Below, in pieces: positions 35,955-50,805 of a stretch of 64,000 nt of DNA (the first letter of the stretch is position 1; the number at the start of each line of letters is the position of its first letter). The DNA lies in assembly GCA_020137815.1 (NCBI GenBank), contig CM035350.1, positions 6,262,001 through 6,326,000 of the forward strand, given 5' to 3'. The position numbers and the translations under genes were made by a program. Under the pieces are notes generated by a model, which did not search any database, was not told where the DNA came from, and saw only the letters and a program-made list of their open reading frames with translations. This stretch comes from Hormiphora californensis (Eukaryota > Animalia > Ctenophora).

Positions 35955-36336
35955 AGGAACCATAATAAAGTTCAAGAGCCTCCAAGAGCACCCAAGAGCG
36001 CACCCGATCGAAGAGAGACCACACCTGAGAGCGCACCACACCCAAAAGAGACCACATCCAAGAGCGCACCACCTCCAGAAGACACCACTTCGAGAGCGCA
36101 CCACATCAAAGAGAGCTCCCCATCCAGAAGATACCACGCGCAGGGGACACCACGCGCAGAAGAGACCAGCGCGGCGTTGTATTTGCGCGTGCGGTCTCTT
36201 CTGCGCGTGGTGTCCCCTGCGCGCGGTATCTTCTGGATGGGGAGCTCTCTTTGATGTGGTGCGCTCTGGGAGTGGTGTCTTTTGGAGGTGGTACGCTCTT
36301 GGATGGGGTGCGCTCTTGAACTTTATTATGGTTCCT
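35955..36336. mobile_element. Palindromic MITE (~380 bp hairpin) with TA TSD and ~30-bp internal subrepeats
   Basis: TA-AGGAACCATAATAAAGTTCAAGAGC ... GCTCTTGAACTTTATTATGGTTCCT-TA; arms pair inward to a loop near 36178. Confidence 0.85.
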
Positions 36337-36554
36337 TATTGCAATTGGACTCCGCACTCACAAGTTTGCTTTTTTTTGTTTTGGCGCTTTTTTTGTTTTG
36401 CCGCTTGTCCTTGCTCCTTTCTTTTTCAACTTTAGCAGTTAGCACGTATGCTAGAAAGATCATACAGGGTTTAGAAATCTTGGATTTTACATACTAACAC
36501 ATCCTCATTTTTGCTTAGATGATAGAAAGATCATCATCCAGAGGATGGATCTAG

Positions 36555-37682
<1,128 letters not shown>

Positions 37683-38445
37683 CTTTATCCTTCCTCAGCC
37701 TCCCCCACCTTACTGCGGTATAATAGTACACTATCCTTCTCTCTCTGATCTTTTCTTATTTTGTTTTGACCTCCGCTCCTCATGCATGCAATTGTTATGT
37801 GTGTTAGGCTCTCTCTATCTTGTGTGTAAATTCTGTAATTGAAATATCTTGCTATGCACGTGGGGTATGCGAAGAGGTGAAAAATGCCGCACCAATAAAA
37901 AAACACAATCTGGGCTGGTCGTCATTATTATAGAGACAAAGACACTTTTTCAGTTAAACATGTAAATACTAAACCTGTAAAATATGTAAATAAATGTGTG
38001 TAAACTGTTAAAAGGACGTGCGTGTGAAGAGGTGTTATTAACGGTTTTCTCTTTTTGTCCCCACTCTTTTTAATTCGCCATTAATTTATTGCCATCATAT
38101 ATTATCACCAGAAGATTTTAACCTACTAACAAAGAACAGCTTATACTGAATTTCGAGAAAACCGGTTTTTGTCCTAGAAACTGAAAAAACACTGCGGTGT
38201 ATTTACCGAGTTCCTCATTTTTTCTCTCTCGCATGCTAAAGCAGACAGATTTTAACTGTGTACTTGATCAAACAATCGTCTCATCCTTCCTCTCCCTCAA
38301 CACTGTGAAGTGCTACACTTCTGGGTACAAATTCTCTACTCAGTAGATGAATTTCTAAACCCCCCTACCCCCATTCCTCTACCCACCTAACCCCACGATA
38401 CCTCCCGCCTCTCCCTCTAAATCTCTATCTTCCTCTGTATCTAGG

Positions 38446-39468
38446 ATGGACGGGGTACCTCACACCAACACGATTGTCAGCACGATAGAGGATGGCAAGG
38501 CGATTATAGTCACTCTCCGACCCGACTGGTTGCTCATATCACACAAGGAGTTTGATGGGGGTATTACTAATAAGTTGATTGGGTATAAAGATGACATGGA
38601 TGGTCTAATGGAGAATATGGTGCTGCTGAGGATGTATGGCAACAACACCGACCTGCTGATTGACCGGAAGAAAGAGTTGAGGAATCACGTTAATCTGGCT
38701 AAGATGGGATTCGCTACCCCAGTCTACATGACCGTCAATAACGGATACTTCTATGGGTATGTCGATGGGGACGTTCTCACGACAGACTCAGTTCGGGATC
38801 CCAAGATTGCACCTATCATTGCCACAACTATTGCCCGTATGCACTGCAAGACTGAAACACAACACAGCGATCCTGTCTACTACCCCAAACTAAACGAATG
38901 GCTAAGGAATGTCCCGGATTACTTCTCCGCCGACAAGTTCTCTGCTCTCCTCAAGGTTGTCAAGTCTAAATCGGTGTTGTCCAAGGAGCTCCAGCAGATC
39001 AACGGGAAGTTGCAGAGTGCTGATTTAGAGGTTGGATTCTGTCACAATGACCTGTTGCTAGGTAACGTGATCTACAACGTCCACAAGAACAGCATCTCAT
39101 TCATCGACTACGAGTACGGAGACCCAAACTACCTGGCTTATGATATTGGGAATCACTTTGCAGAGTATGCGGGGGTTGATAATGTAGATTTCAATCTCTA
39201 TCCGGATGAGGGGTATCAGAGATGGTGGTTGAGGTTCTATCTTGAGGAGAAGCACAAGTGTAAGGGTTTAGGGGCAGTGACAGATGATGATGTGGAAAAA
39301 CTGTTTAGAGAGGTCAACTTCTTTAGCTGTTGTGCTCACCTTCTGTGGGGAATTTGGGCGATTGTACAAGCTATTAACTCGGAAATTGATTTCGATTTTG
39401 CGGGCTATGCAGCAATGAAATTGGAAGAGTACTTCAAGAGGAAGGAACAATTCTTTGATTTGATCTAA
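38446..39468 (+). CDS. ETNK1: Ethanolamine kinase, intronless
   Basis: GGITNKLIG, LRMYGNNTDLLIDRKKE, CHNDLLLGN, FIDYEY, YDIGNHFAEYAG. Confidence 0.93.
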   Translation: MDGVPHTNTIVSTIEDGKAIIVTLRPDWLLISHKEFDGGITNKLIGYKDDMDGLMENMVLLRMYGNNTDLLIDRKKELRNHVNLAKMGFATPVYMTVNNGYFYGYVDGDVLTTDSVRDPKIAPIIATTIARMHCKTETQHSDPVYYPKLNEWLRNVPDYFSADKFSALLKVVKSKSVLSKELQQINGKLQSADLEVGFCHNDLLLGNVIYNVHKNSISFIDYEYGDPNYLAYDIGNHFAEYAGVDNVDFNLYPDEGYQRWWLRFYLEEKHKCKGLGAVTDDDVEKLFREVNFFSCCAHLLWGIWAIVQAINSEIDFDFAGYAAMKLEEYFKRKEQFFDLI

Positions 39469-39894
39469 TTTAGAGTCAGGGGCCCTATAAATAGGAACAC
39501 ATTTTGAGGAACAGTCTGTGTAGGTGTTTTAGAACTCGGTGGTAAATCAGATCTCTACTAAACAAACTAACTCTAAAGCAGGATTACATGTATATTAATT
39601 TATTAATAGCTTATTGTTGGGATTGAGTGAGTGTTTATAAAGCTTATGTTTGGTTAAATATCTGATATAATTGCATGTTTCTGTTATTTTTTATCACTTT
39701 TTTCATATATATCCACTTTTTAGACCCTTTGATATACGAACATTTGATCGGATTGATATTGGGTTGTTAAGTCTCAAAATCATTGAATCCAATAGTTGAT
39801 TGTAGTTCAGAAAACTAACTGTGTTTTACTCCAATAATACGACTATAATAAACCCATCTCTCTGCCTCTGTTATAGCTCTACACTTCTACAGCG

Positions 39895-42395
39895 ATGGCT
39901 GATGTATATGCTGATGTGGGAGAACGGAGTAAGAGATTCTTTAGCGAGTTCTCTGTGCCAGGACCCCGGAAAGGCTCCAAACTACACAAATATGGAACCC
40001 AGCTAGTATCCATTGCCCACCGAGATCAGGTACACTGTTTGATACACTTGATTCAAGTTGGTAGATAATGTTTTACCTAGCTCAGTAAACAACTTTTTTA
40101 TCACCCTCTCCTCCTTTATCACGCCCTCCTCCTCCTTTATCACCCTCTCCTCCTCCTCCTTTATCACCCCCCCCCTCCTCCTTTATCACCCCCTCCTCCT
40201 CCTTTATCACCCCCTCCTCCTCCTCCTCCTCCTTTATCACCCCCTCCTCCTCCTCCTTTATCACCCCTCCTCCTCCTCCTTTATCACCTCCTCCTCCTTT
40301 ATCACCCCCTCCTTCTCCTCCTTTATCACCTCCTCCTCCTTTATCACCCCCTCCTTCTCTCCCAGGTATCTCTGAAGGTAGATCTTGATGATTTGGCAAC
40401 CTTTGACGAGGAGTTGTCCAGAGGACATCATGGAGAACACCGGTCCGATACCAGAAGATCCTTGCAGAGTCAGTGACAGACCTCCTCCAAGACTACCAGC
40501 AACACGAGGTGGTGAAAGATTCCCTGGATGTGTATATCCAACACAGGCTGCTACTGGAAGCCAAGAACAGGGGCAGTGATGAGATCCGAGACCCAAGGAA
40601 CCAGTACCCAGCTGAGCTACTGAGGAGGTTCGAGCTAAACTTTGTCCCTCCCTCCGACCAGAAGCCCCTGTCCATCAGGCAGATTACAGCAGACCGGATT
40701 GGAACTCTGGTGACGGTGAGAGGTACTGTAACCCGGGCTACAGAGGTGAAACCAGCCATGACCGTCGCTACATACACCTGTGACCAGTGTGGTAGTGAGA
40801 CCTACCAACCCATAACGGGTATCAACTTCACTCCTATTGAGATGTGCCCCAGTAAGGAGTGTCAGACGAACAAGAGTGGAGGACGACTCTACCTCCAGAC
40901 TCGGGGCAGCAAGTTTGTCAAGTTTCAGGATGTCAAGATCCAGGAGGATAGTGATCAGGTTCCTGTTGGAGACACCCCTCGTTCCATGAGTCTCCTGTGC
41001 AGGGGAGAGAACACGCGGAAGTGCCAGCCTGGAGACCGTGTTAATGTGACGGGGGTGTTCCTGCCCGTCCAGAGAAGTGGGTTCCGAGCCATGATGGGTG
41101 GTCTCATGTCCGATACCTTCCTCCAAGTTCACCACATTGTCCGGATCAAGAAGGGTTATGAGGAGAGTTCCCTGGATTGTTTGAGTGACGAGGAGGCCAG
41201 GGAGCTGGTCCAGGAGCCACTCTTCTACGATAAACTCGCTGCCTCCCTCGCACCTGAGATCTATGGGCACGAGGATGTAAAGAAGGCCCTCCTTCTCCTC
41301 CTAGTCGGGGGTGTCGACCGGAACACCCAGGGTATGAAGATCAGGGGTAACCTAAACATTTGTCTGATGGGTGATCCTGGAGTTGCTAAGTCTCAGCTGC
41401 TCAGCTACATAGACCGTATAGCCCCGAGGTGCCAGTACACCACAGGAAGGGGCAGCACGGGGGTGGGTCTCACTGCTGCTGTTATGAAGGACCCCATCAC
41501 GGGGGAAATGATCCTGGAGGGAGGTGCCCTGGTTCTCGCTGATCAGGGGATATGCTGCATTGATGAATTCGATAAGATGAATGAGGGTGATAGGACAGCT
41601 ATTCACGAAGTCATGGAACAACAGACCATCTCTATCGCTAAGGCCGGGATCCTCACTACTCTAAACGCGAGGGTATCCATTCTTGCTGCTGCCAACCCGG
41701 CCTATGGACGGTACAACACCAAGAAAAGTGTGGAACAGAATATCCAGCTACCTGCTGCTCTCCTCTCCAGGTTTGATCTCCTATGGCTGATCAGGGACAA
41801 GCCTGACGCCAACACCGATCTGAGACTAGCCCAACACATCACGTATGTTCACCAACACAGTACCCACCCTCCTCGGGAGGTGGAGCCCCTGGACCCGGAG
41901 TTGATGAAGCGATACATCATGGCGTGTAAGAAGAGGGACCCAGTTATCCCTGAAGATCTCACGGAGTACATTGTCGCTACTTATGTGGAACTAAGGAAGA
42001 ATGCTAGGGAGGACCCCAGGAATGCTACCTTCACCTCAGCAAGGAACCTCCTAGCTGTACTCCGGTTAGCTACTGCCCTGGCCCGGCTCCGGTTTGTCGA
42101 GGTTGTGGAGAGGGACGATATTGACGAGGCGAACAGGCTGATGGAGATGAGCAAGGCGAGTCTGGTGGAGGATGAGCAGACAACACGGAGGACCCGACCT
42201 GTCGACCTGATCTATGGGATCATTAGGGATCTCCAGAAGGATGGGGCCACAACTGTCAAATATGATGATGCCAGGGGAAGGTGTATTGCTAAAGGATTCA
42301 ACTCTGATCAGTTCGGAGAGTGTATTGATGAATATGAGAGGCTTAATATTTGGCACGTCAATGCGGCCCGTACCAGAATCACATTTATCCACTAA
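39895..42395 (+). CDS. MCM7: DNA replication licensing factor MCM7, two exons
   Basis: Exon 1 39895-40029, exon 2 40366-42395; [38 protein letters not shown]; two +1 breaks at 40420 and 40442. Confidence 0.95.
40095..40357. repeat. CTCCTTTATCACCC-type minisatellite filling the MCM7 intron up to the acceptor
   Basis: Repeated TTTATCACC + (CTC)n units. Confidence 0.9.
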
Positions 42396-42772
42396 TAGGA
42401 TTGGACAATGAGACACAATATGATATAATGACGATTATTCTATTTCCCGGCAGCCTGGTGCTACCTTTTAATCTTCTACTGCCTAGAGTTTATACACAAG
42501 TTAGCAATATTTATAGGTTTTTACAGTATTTCTAGTGAGACGAAGTTAAATTCTCCCAACAAAATGGTTACTTTTTCAATACAACATAGTGACATCAGTT
42601 GCTCCTTTTAATCTTTTTATCCAGTTTTTAATCACCCCCCATCAATTAACTGTACGCCAAAGTGTTCTATTTGAGTAAATTTTCTCTCAAGTACTGTATT
42701 TGTTTACTCCATTCTCTATTTGACATTAACTACAAATTGAGTCTAATTTATATAGCCTCACCAGGCCATTGT

Positions 42773-42921
<149 letters not shown>

Positions 42922-43031
42922 CCTCCACACAATGTCTATTGCACCCCTGTAGCACACCGAGTGTGTGTAATTTGCTTTTCCGTACCACACACACACAGCC
43001 ACCTTAACTTCTTACCTTGGTTTTTTTAGCA

Positions 43032-43892
43032 ATGGACTATTCAGACTTTATAGCGAATCAGCCTGTCGTTATAGACAATGTAAGTGATATTCACACTCTT
43101 CCAAACAAATTGTTCTTCTTTCTGTTTCTGGCTTTTTCAATTTGCCTTTGTAAGTTTCTAAACACCTTCCCTCATCTTTTTGTTTTCAGGGATCTGGTGT
43201 TATAAAGGCTGGATTTTCCGGTGATATTGTCCCAAAATGCCACTTTTCTACTCTGTAAGTTGTAGATCTAACCAGTTTGGTTACCCACCTCTCACACCCC
43301 TGCCCCACCTCTCACACCGGGGCCCCACCTCTCACACCCCACTCTCCACTACAGGGTGGGCCGTCCAAAATATACAAAGGTCATGAGCGGCCACGTGGAT
43401 TCCAATATTTTCATGGGTGAAATGGCTCAGGAGCACAGAGGACTATTGAATATTCGCTACCCACTTGAGGTAACATGATGACGTAGCAAAATAATATTAT
43501 TCTCCAATAATTGGGGGCCAATTTCACACGGCCCTGCTAACACTTGCCTAGCTCGACCCCCCTTTTCGCGAGCTCCGCCCGTAAAGGAGGGTTAGAACAT
43601 AACAAGCTAACTACCCCCACCAGCATGGCATTGTGACTGACTGGGACGATATGGAGAAGTTGTGGCAATACGTTTACACGAGGGAAAACCTGAGTGCACA
43701 CCCTGAGGAACACCCTGTACTACTGACAGAGGCGCCCATCAACCCAAGAAAGAACAGAGAGAAATCGGCTGAGGTAAGAGTTGAAACATTCGTCAGAGTA
43801 ATTTGTATACTATCCCTGCAGTTGCCAATCGAAACACTAGTGGTAGCTCCTCTCATTAGAAGATGCTCTGCAGTCCCTGGCTGAGGGAGAGG

Positions 43893-43973
<81 letters not shown>

Positions 43974-46900
43974 CTCCAGGCTGACCGAAATGAGCAGAGG
44001 TGCCACCCACAAGTTCCAAACTATAGATATTATCTATAGAAGATACCCGCTGCTGCCCAAGAAGGGCTATAAACAAGTTATAGAAGAAGTGAAGCAGAGA
44101 CTGCTAGCGAAGGCCGGAAAGATTAAGAGATACAAGAAGAAGCAGCAGACATTCGTTGACAACAACCTGTTCCAGAACAACCAACGAAACTTTTACCGGA
44201 AACTGGAGAAACGTGGATCGGACCCCACGCCACTCGATTGTACTCCAGAAGACCAGACCAGGACGCTTAACTTCTGGAAAAATATCTGGGAAAACGAGGC
44301 TGGTCATAACACTGAAGCAGAATGGTTAGACGGAGTCCAGGAGAACTTTGAAACAGTCAGCCAACAGGAAGAGTTTCAGATCACCACGGAAAGAGTTGCA
44401 GCTCGGGTGAAAGGAATGACCAACTGGTCAACCCCAGGTATAGATGGTCTCCACGCCTTCTGGATTAAACACACGACTTGCCTCCATAGTCGGATAGCTG
44501 AGCTACTCAACGAAAGTCTCATTACGAGTCAAGTCCCGGCATGGATGACTGAAGGCAGGACCTTCCTCCTGATTAAAGACCCCAAGAAGGGAATGTCAAA
44601 CCCGGGGAACTTTAGACCCATAACCTGCCTTCCGAACCTCTGGAAGCTGTATACAGGAATATTATCAGAAGACATCTACCAGCACCTCGATGTAAACGGG
44701 CTCTTTCCGGAAGAGCAGAAGGGGTGCCGCAAAAAGAGTCGAGGATGTAAGGAACAACTAGCAATTGACAAACTTATCCTACGTCATTGCAAACGCTCAA
44801 AGTCTTCCTTGTATATGGCTTTCATAGACTATCAGAAGGCATACGACTCGATCCCCCACTCCTGGATCCTTAAGTCAATGGAGATGTGCGGGATAAACCC
44901 TCAGATAATCCGACTATTCGAGTCATCATTCCAGCAGTGTATTGTCAACATCGTCCAATCTGGGTCAGACTTAGGTAAAATACACATCAAGAGAGGCCTC
45001 TTCCAAGGAGACTCCGTCTCCCCTATCCACTTTATTATAGGCCTGATCCCCCTGTCCATGCTCCTAGCTGCCCAAGGAAGAGGCTACACCATATCTGACC
45101 CAGTAACTCCAGATCCAGATATTAGTATTAACCACCGCCTATACATGGACGATCTTAAGCTGTATGCCAGCTCGAAAGAGGACCTTCAGCAGCTCTTAGC
45201 AGTCACTGAGAAGTTTAGCACTGACATCAACATGTCCTTCGGTCTATCCAAGTGCGGAGCTCTAGACATTGTGGACGGAGTCAGAAGTCGGATACAGGGA
45301 ATAAGCCTACCAAGTGGAGACAGAATACCCGAGGTGGAAGATGGAGGCTATAAGTACCTCGGCATCCTGGAGGTTGACCGTATTCTTCATCAAGAAATGA
45401 AAGCTAAGGTCAAAGCCGAATATACCCGAAGAGTCAAGAAACTACTGTCCTCGAGCCTGCAAGGCAAGAACCTCATCACAGCAATCAACACATGGGCAAT
45501 ACCTGTGATCCGTTACGGTGCCGGAATACTGGACTGGTCCACTTCCGAAGCCAGTGGACTAGACATGATGACTAGGAAAATCCTGAGAAGAGGAGTCATC
45601 AAGAGCAACAGTGACATTGACCGGCTGTATGTTTGCAGGAAACTGGGAGGAAGGGGTCTCCAACGGATTGAAGATGTCATTGTGAAGGAAGAGACAGGAC
45701 TAGTGACATTCTTCACCAATTCCACGGACCCCAAGATCCGTGCCCTCCACACGGCGATGCAGTCTGAAGATATGCTAACTGGACCTCCAGAAGACGCAGA
45801 AGCCCTGAAGGAAAGACTACAGACGGAACTTATAGAGAAATGGAAACACAAAGTCTTACATGGAAGATTCCTGAAGCAACTTGAAGAAGGGGGGATGCGA
45901 CCCTGACGCGACCTGGGCCTGGCTCAACAAAGAGAGCCTCAGCAGATACACCGAAGCCGATGTCCTTTGCTGCCCAGGATCAAGCCATTCGCACGAACTG
46001 GTTGAGAGCTGCCATACAGAAAGAGAATGAAGTGACTGAGAAGTGCCGGATCTGTAACCACACAACGAGTCAGTGGAACACATCCTAAACGGATGCACGA
46101 AACTTGCCAACGGAGACTATAAACTCCGACACGATCGAGTAGCTGCTGCCCTGCACTGGGAATATGCAAGGACCAACGGATTTCCTACCGAATCAAAGTG
46201 GTGGAGCCACTATGCAGAGAAAGTGCTCGAGAATGAGAACTGCAAGATCCTCTGGGATTTCCACATTCAGACGGATAACCCCATCGAGGCATGTAAACCT
46301 GACGTGGTCCTTCTAGACAAACTAAAGAAGGAAGCGCTTCTGATCGATGTCGCTGTACCAAAGGACAGGTCAGTCTCGGACAGGGAGATGGAGAAGATCG
46401 AGAAGTACCAAGAACTACGGAGGGAGCTCACACGAATTTGGGATCTTAAAAAGGCCACAGTCATCCCTATCGTGATCGGAGCTCTTGGCGGAGTCAGCCC
46501 CGACTGGAGAAGTACCTTGACTGCTATAACCCGCCAAATTTACCCTTCACAGCTTCAAAAGTCAGTCCTCTTTAACTCGATGAACACGCTCCGGAAAGTT
46601 CTCGACATGTAATATACCTCCCGAGCTGTCCCCCCTGTTATTGTCAATTATTTTCTACCCTTTTTACCCGTTCCTGCTTGCCCCTAGATTTCCCTAGATT
46701 CAGACCGTTTGCTTCTTCAGTTCCTGATAAGTTGCCTCTTCTTAGGCTCCGTTCCAGAAGGTTGGGCTTCTTTCCAGATAGCTTAGGAGGTCTCATGCTC
46801 CGCCACCATGAGCTTTAACTCCCCTTTAAATGTTTTTCCCTTACTTTAACCCATATGTACATTGTTCAACTTACCCCTATGTACATTGTTTTACCTACCT

Positions 46901-47062
46901 TTACTCCGCAGGCCCTCCGGGCCCTCAGATCCAACAGGATCCGGGCTCGGGGGATTTAACCCTGCTCACGCATGGGACCTTACGGCCCCATGCGGGAGTG
47001 GTGCGTGTAGTGGACCGAGAGAGAGAGAGAGAGAGAGAGAGAGTGAGAGAGAGAGAGAGAGA

Positions 47063-47145
<83 letters not shown>

Positions 47146-49758
47146 GAAACTAGCTGATGATCATTCTCTCTGTCCACTGTGATGTCCTTAATTGAGTTTT
47201 GGAGTGCATGAGACACAAACACACGTACACACCTACACGCGGAGTGGTTACCATGGTTACCCATGGTATTAAGAGACCAAGAGAGATAGAAAGATAGAGA
47301 GATTGTAGAACTACACGCAGCTTTGTATCTTTGTTAGCTGCAGGAGATACACGGACACCTTACACGCATCTTATACACACAAATCTCTCGCTCTCTTTCA
47401 CTCTCCCCCCACTCCCACTCTCTCTATTGCATATGTAATGCCCCCCTGGCCCCTACCACTGTAATAGCACCTGCTGCTATTGGCCTCTGTTACACCACAC
47501 GGGGGAAAGACACAAGTCTGGTCCCTCTGATTATCACCACTCTCATGTACTACTCTATCTTTATTGTCTTTATTTCACTATTCGGGGCCTGGCAAGGCCC
47601 CCCGACCCGAATATAACCCAAACTCAACCCATCCCCCCTAAAACATCCCCCCTAAAACTAAAACAACGGGGCCGAGCCGACAGGCCCTTAATACCAGATG
47701 AAAAAAAAACCATAACCATAAAACCATAAACCATAAACCATAGATATTTTTAGAGTGAAAGTTTTGAAGCCCCCTGAAGTAGTAGAGAGGTGTTCTATGG
47801 CTCGTTGGAAAGGTCTCGAGGTCCCGCGACGTATAGGGGGTGTGGCGATGGCCATACCCAAACCTATAAGGGGTAGGACGCGAAAAACAGTCAAAATAAG
47901 GGGTATGCTGAACTCGGCAATTAGAAGGAGTAGAAAGGTGTTCTAGGGTGCGTTCGAAAGCTCTCGAGGTACTGAAGTAATTGGAATGTAATTGGAAGTA
48001 ATTACATGTAATTAAAATGTAATTACATGTAATTAAAGGGTAATTACATGTAATTGAAAGGTCTAAATGACCCAGAATGATAATTTAAACATATTTTGAC
48101 GTATTTGGAGCAATTGGAAGGAGTAGAAAGGTGTTCTAGGGTGCGTTCGAAAGCTCTCGAGGTGCTGAAGTAATTGGAATGTAATTGGAAGTAATTACAT
48201 GTAATTAAAGGGTAATTACATGTAATTAAAAGGTCAGCATGATCCCAAATGATAATTTAAACATATTTTGACGTATTTGGAGGCCCTGAGACCAGCGGGT
48301 GGCCAAATTTAATCCAGTTTCGGGTCGGCTGACGTAAAAACTCCGCGTTTTGGTCGAGGTCCGTCCATACTAACACATCCCTCCTCCCTCAGATTTTCTT
48401 CGATACCTTCAACGTGCCCGCCCTGTATATCTCGATGCAGGCTATTCTCAGTCTCTACGCTACCGGCCGTGTAACTGGCGTGGTCCTGGATTCTGGTGAT
48501 GGTGTAACACACTCCGTCCCAATCTACCAAGGGTTTGCCATGCCCCACTCTATCCAGCGGATAGATATCGCAGGACGGGACATAACCAGGAACCTCAGAC
48601 AGCTCTTGCAGAGGGAGGGACACAACTTTAAAACTACCTCCGAGTTTGAAATTGTCAGGACCATTAAGGAGGTATGTCTGTGTGTGGAGTGAGTGAGAGA
48701 GAGATAGAGAACGAGAGATAGAAAATACTGTAAATAATACTGTCAAGAGAAGGAGAGAAGTGTAACAAAACTCTGCATGTCTCCACCGAAAGTTGCTCAA
48801 GTATGCATGATTAATCCCTCTCCTCTCTCCCTCAGAAAGCGTGTTACATAGCCCAGAACCCCCAAAAGGAGGAGAGCATGGAGAACGAGAAGGGATCCTA
48901 TATGTTGCCTGATGGAAGTACTATTGAGCTGGGCAAGGCCCGGTTTAGGGCTCCCGAGGTGTTGTTTAAACCTGTTATTATCGGGGAGGAGTGCCACGGG
49001 CTACATGAGGTACATTTTGAGGGGGGGGGGAGGTCTTTGTTTTGGTACCCGGAACTGCTCTTCAGTGTTGACTGTTGAGGGTGTGTAAAACTAACTTTCT
49101 TTGTTCCCCCCTCCCAGGTCCTGTACTACTCTATCCAAAAGTCAGATATGGACCTGAGAAGGACGTTCTACAGCAATATTATTCTCTCTGGAGGGTCGAC
49201 ACTTTTCAATGGTAAATTATTGTTGTTTTGGGGGTTTCCCGCCCCTTACTTGCCATTCCCATGGTATTAGCGGGACAAATTAGGGATGTGCGCAACACGA
49301 CTAGCAGCGCGCACGTCTTATTCTGTAAAAAGCATCATATTGACAGCCATTAGTGTAACACTTTGGCTCCAATAACCCATGCAAGCTGTGACAGTACCAC
49401 CCAACTTCCACACACTCAGGTTTTGGTGACCGATTGTTAGGAGAATTAAGGAAACTCTGCCCCAAGGATATGAAACTGAAGGTAATGAACCATTAATTGG
49501 CATGCTAAGTGACTGTTTCTTCGCGCACAGTCACTAGTCAGTGCTTATTGCAGCGTCACCTATCGGGATAGGGCAGACGGTCACACCCTTCTACTAACTC
49601 CCTACTCTACTCAGATTGTGGCGCCCCAGGAACGTCTCTTTTCCACTTGGATAGGTGGATCCATTTTGTCTGGTTTGGAGAACTTTAAGAAGATGTGGAT
49701 ATCCAAGAGAGAGTACGAGGAGGAGGGAGCCAGGGCAGTTCACCGGAAGACTTTCTAG
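43032..49758 (+). CDS. ACTR1A: Centractin / actin-related protein 1 (dynactin), about 9 exons
   Basis: [72 protein letters not shown]; a 4.6-kb intron (43774-48392) holds the retroelement. Confidence 0.93.
43971..47016 (+). mobile_element. 5'-truncated R4/Dong-clade non-LTR retrotransposon (RT + CCHC + restriction-like endonuclease) inserted in (GA)n
   Basis: RT motifs [43 protein letters not shown]; CRIC..H..C, RHD, KPD..IDVAVP..EKIEKY; stop 46612; (GA)n on both sides (43885-43970, 47017-47142). Confidence 0.9.
43990..46612 (+). CDS. Retrotransposon RT-RLE polyprotein (three frame breaks near 45890, 45965, 46065)
   Basis: ORFs 43990-45906 and 46073-46612 plus the intervening [10 protein letters not shown]...KCRIC frame. 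Confidence 0.85.
47917..48282. repeat. ~193-bp direct repeat pair with 10-bp TAATTACATG subrepeats (probable transposon remnant)
   Basis: GCAATT(A/G)GAAGGAGTAGAAAGGTGTTCTAGGGTGCGTTCGAAAGCTCTCGAGGT at 47917 and 48110. Confidence 0.8.
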
Positions 49759-50729
49759 AGACCCTTTCACTCTCTCTCTCCTAGTGTGTGTGTGTGATGT
49801 GTATTTGATGCAGTAATCATGTGGTAATTTTAATGCGTAGACAGCAGCAGTAGGTGCATCGTGTGTATAGTGTGTTATACTGCCGTTCAGAGAAAGCAGT
49901 ATGTTTGACCAAAACGTGCACGCCGAAATATAGTTTTCTTGACGAAAAAAAGAGAGATACACAAAGTGTTGACGTGATGCGTTTTGGTATTTGAAATATT
50001 TATGTTCTACTCTTTTGGGGTTTTCCATCTATTTATTGGCAACTTGCGCTATCTCCTTTTGCTACAATTTTATCTAGAAACACGGGGTTTCCTTTATTTT
50101 TCTCTCTTTTGTAGCCTAGAAATATGAAAATCCTGACAAAAGATTGTGGAAATTAGGTGGGCAAGAATGTTAGTAGTGACTCATTACATGATAGTCATTG
50201 GACAGTATGATGGATGTACAAATTTTTATACCGTTGGTGATGATTTCTATTTCTAAGTTGAATGTTTAACCCCCGCGTTTCAATTCTGTTATTCTGGAGT
50301 GTCTCAAAGGAGAGAAACAATCACTGATACATTGGACAGGTTGTCAAGGAAGATCCCTTGCCGAGAGAGAAGGATCACAATCGAACGAAGCTGAAGCACA
50401 CCGACGGATCCTGATACAGGAGGAGGGTGACTGTGATACAGGAAGGTGACTGCGCGCGTGTTGTTCAGTTTTACCGGCTGCTAACATTTGATAGCTTCCT
50501 CGCTGCGCGCCGCTCCAATATTGCTAGTCCGTGGGTGATGTTGCACATTTGTCCCACCAAGAGGAGACAATACACGGCGCCCAGAAAGAGAGATAGATTT
50601 ACATTTCTCATTCGCGTGTAGTGACCAGCTGTCGGCTTTTGTTTTAAAATATGAGAGCGATCAGAGAGAAAGGGGAGAAATAAATTTGGTTGTTCGGTAG
50701 TGAGATCTGAGGAAGAAAATTGATGGGTT

Positions 50730-50805
50730 TGACCGGGAATTGATTTTGAACCAGGGACCTTCAGATCTCATTATTGAACAATCAATCAATCTCTTAGGCT
50801 ACCGA
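50730..50805 (-). pseudogene. tRNA-derived (Phe-like) fragment or SINE head
   Basis: Minus strand AGATCTGAAGGTCCCTGGTTCAA...CCCGG resembles a tRNA-Phe variable/T arm; D and anticodon arms do not fold. Confidence 0.35.

Noticed and set aside
47143-47175. CTGATGA just after the retroelement as a third hammerhead
   Set aside because: No stem II or downstream GAAA.
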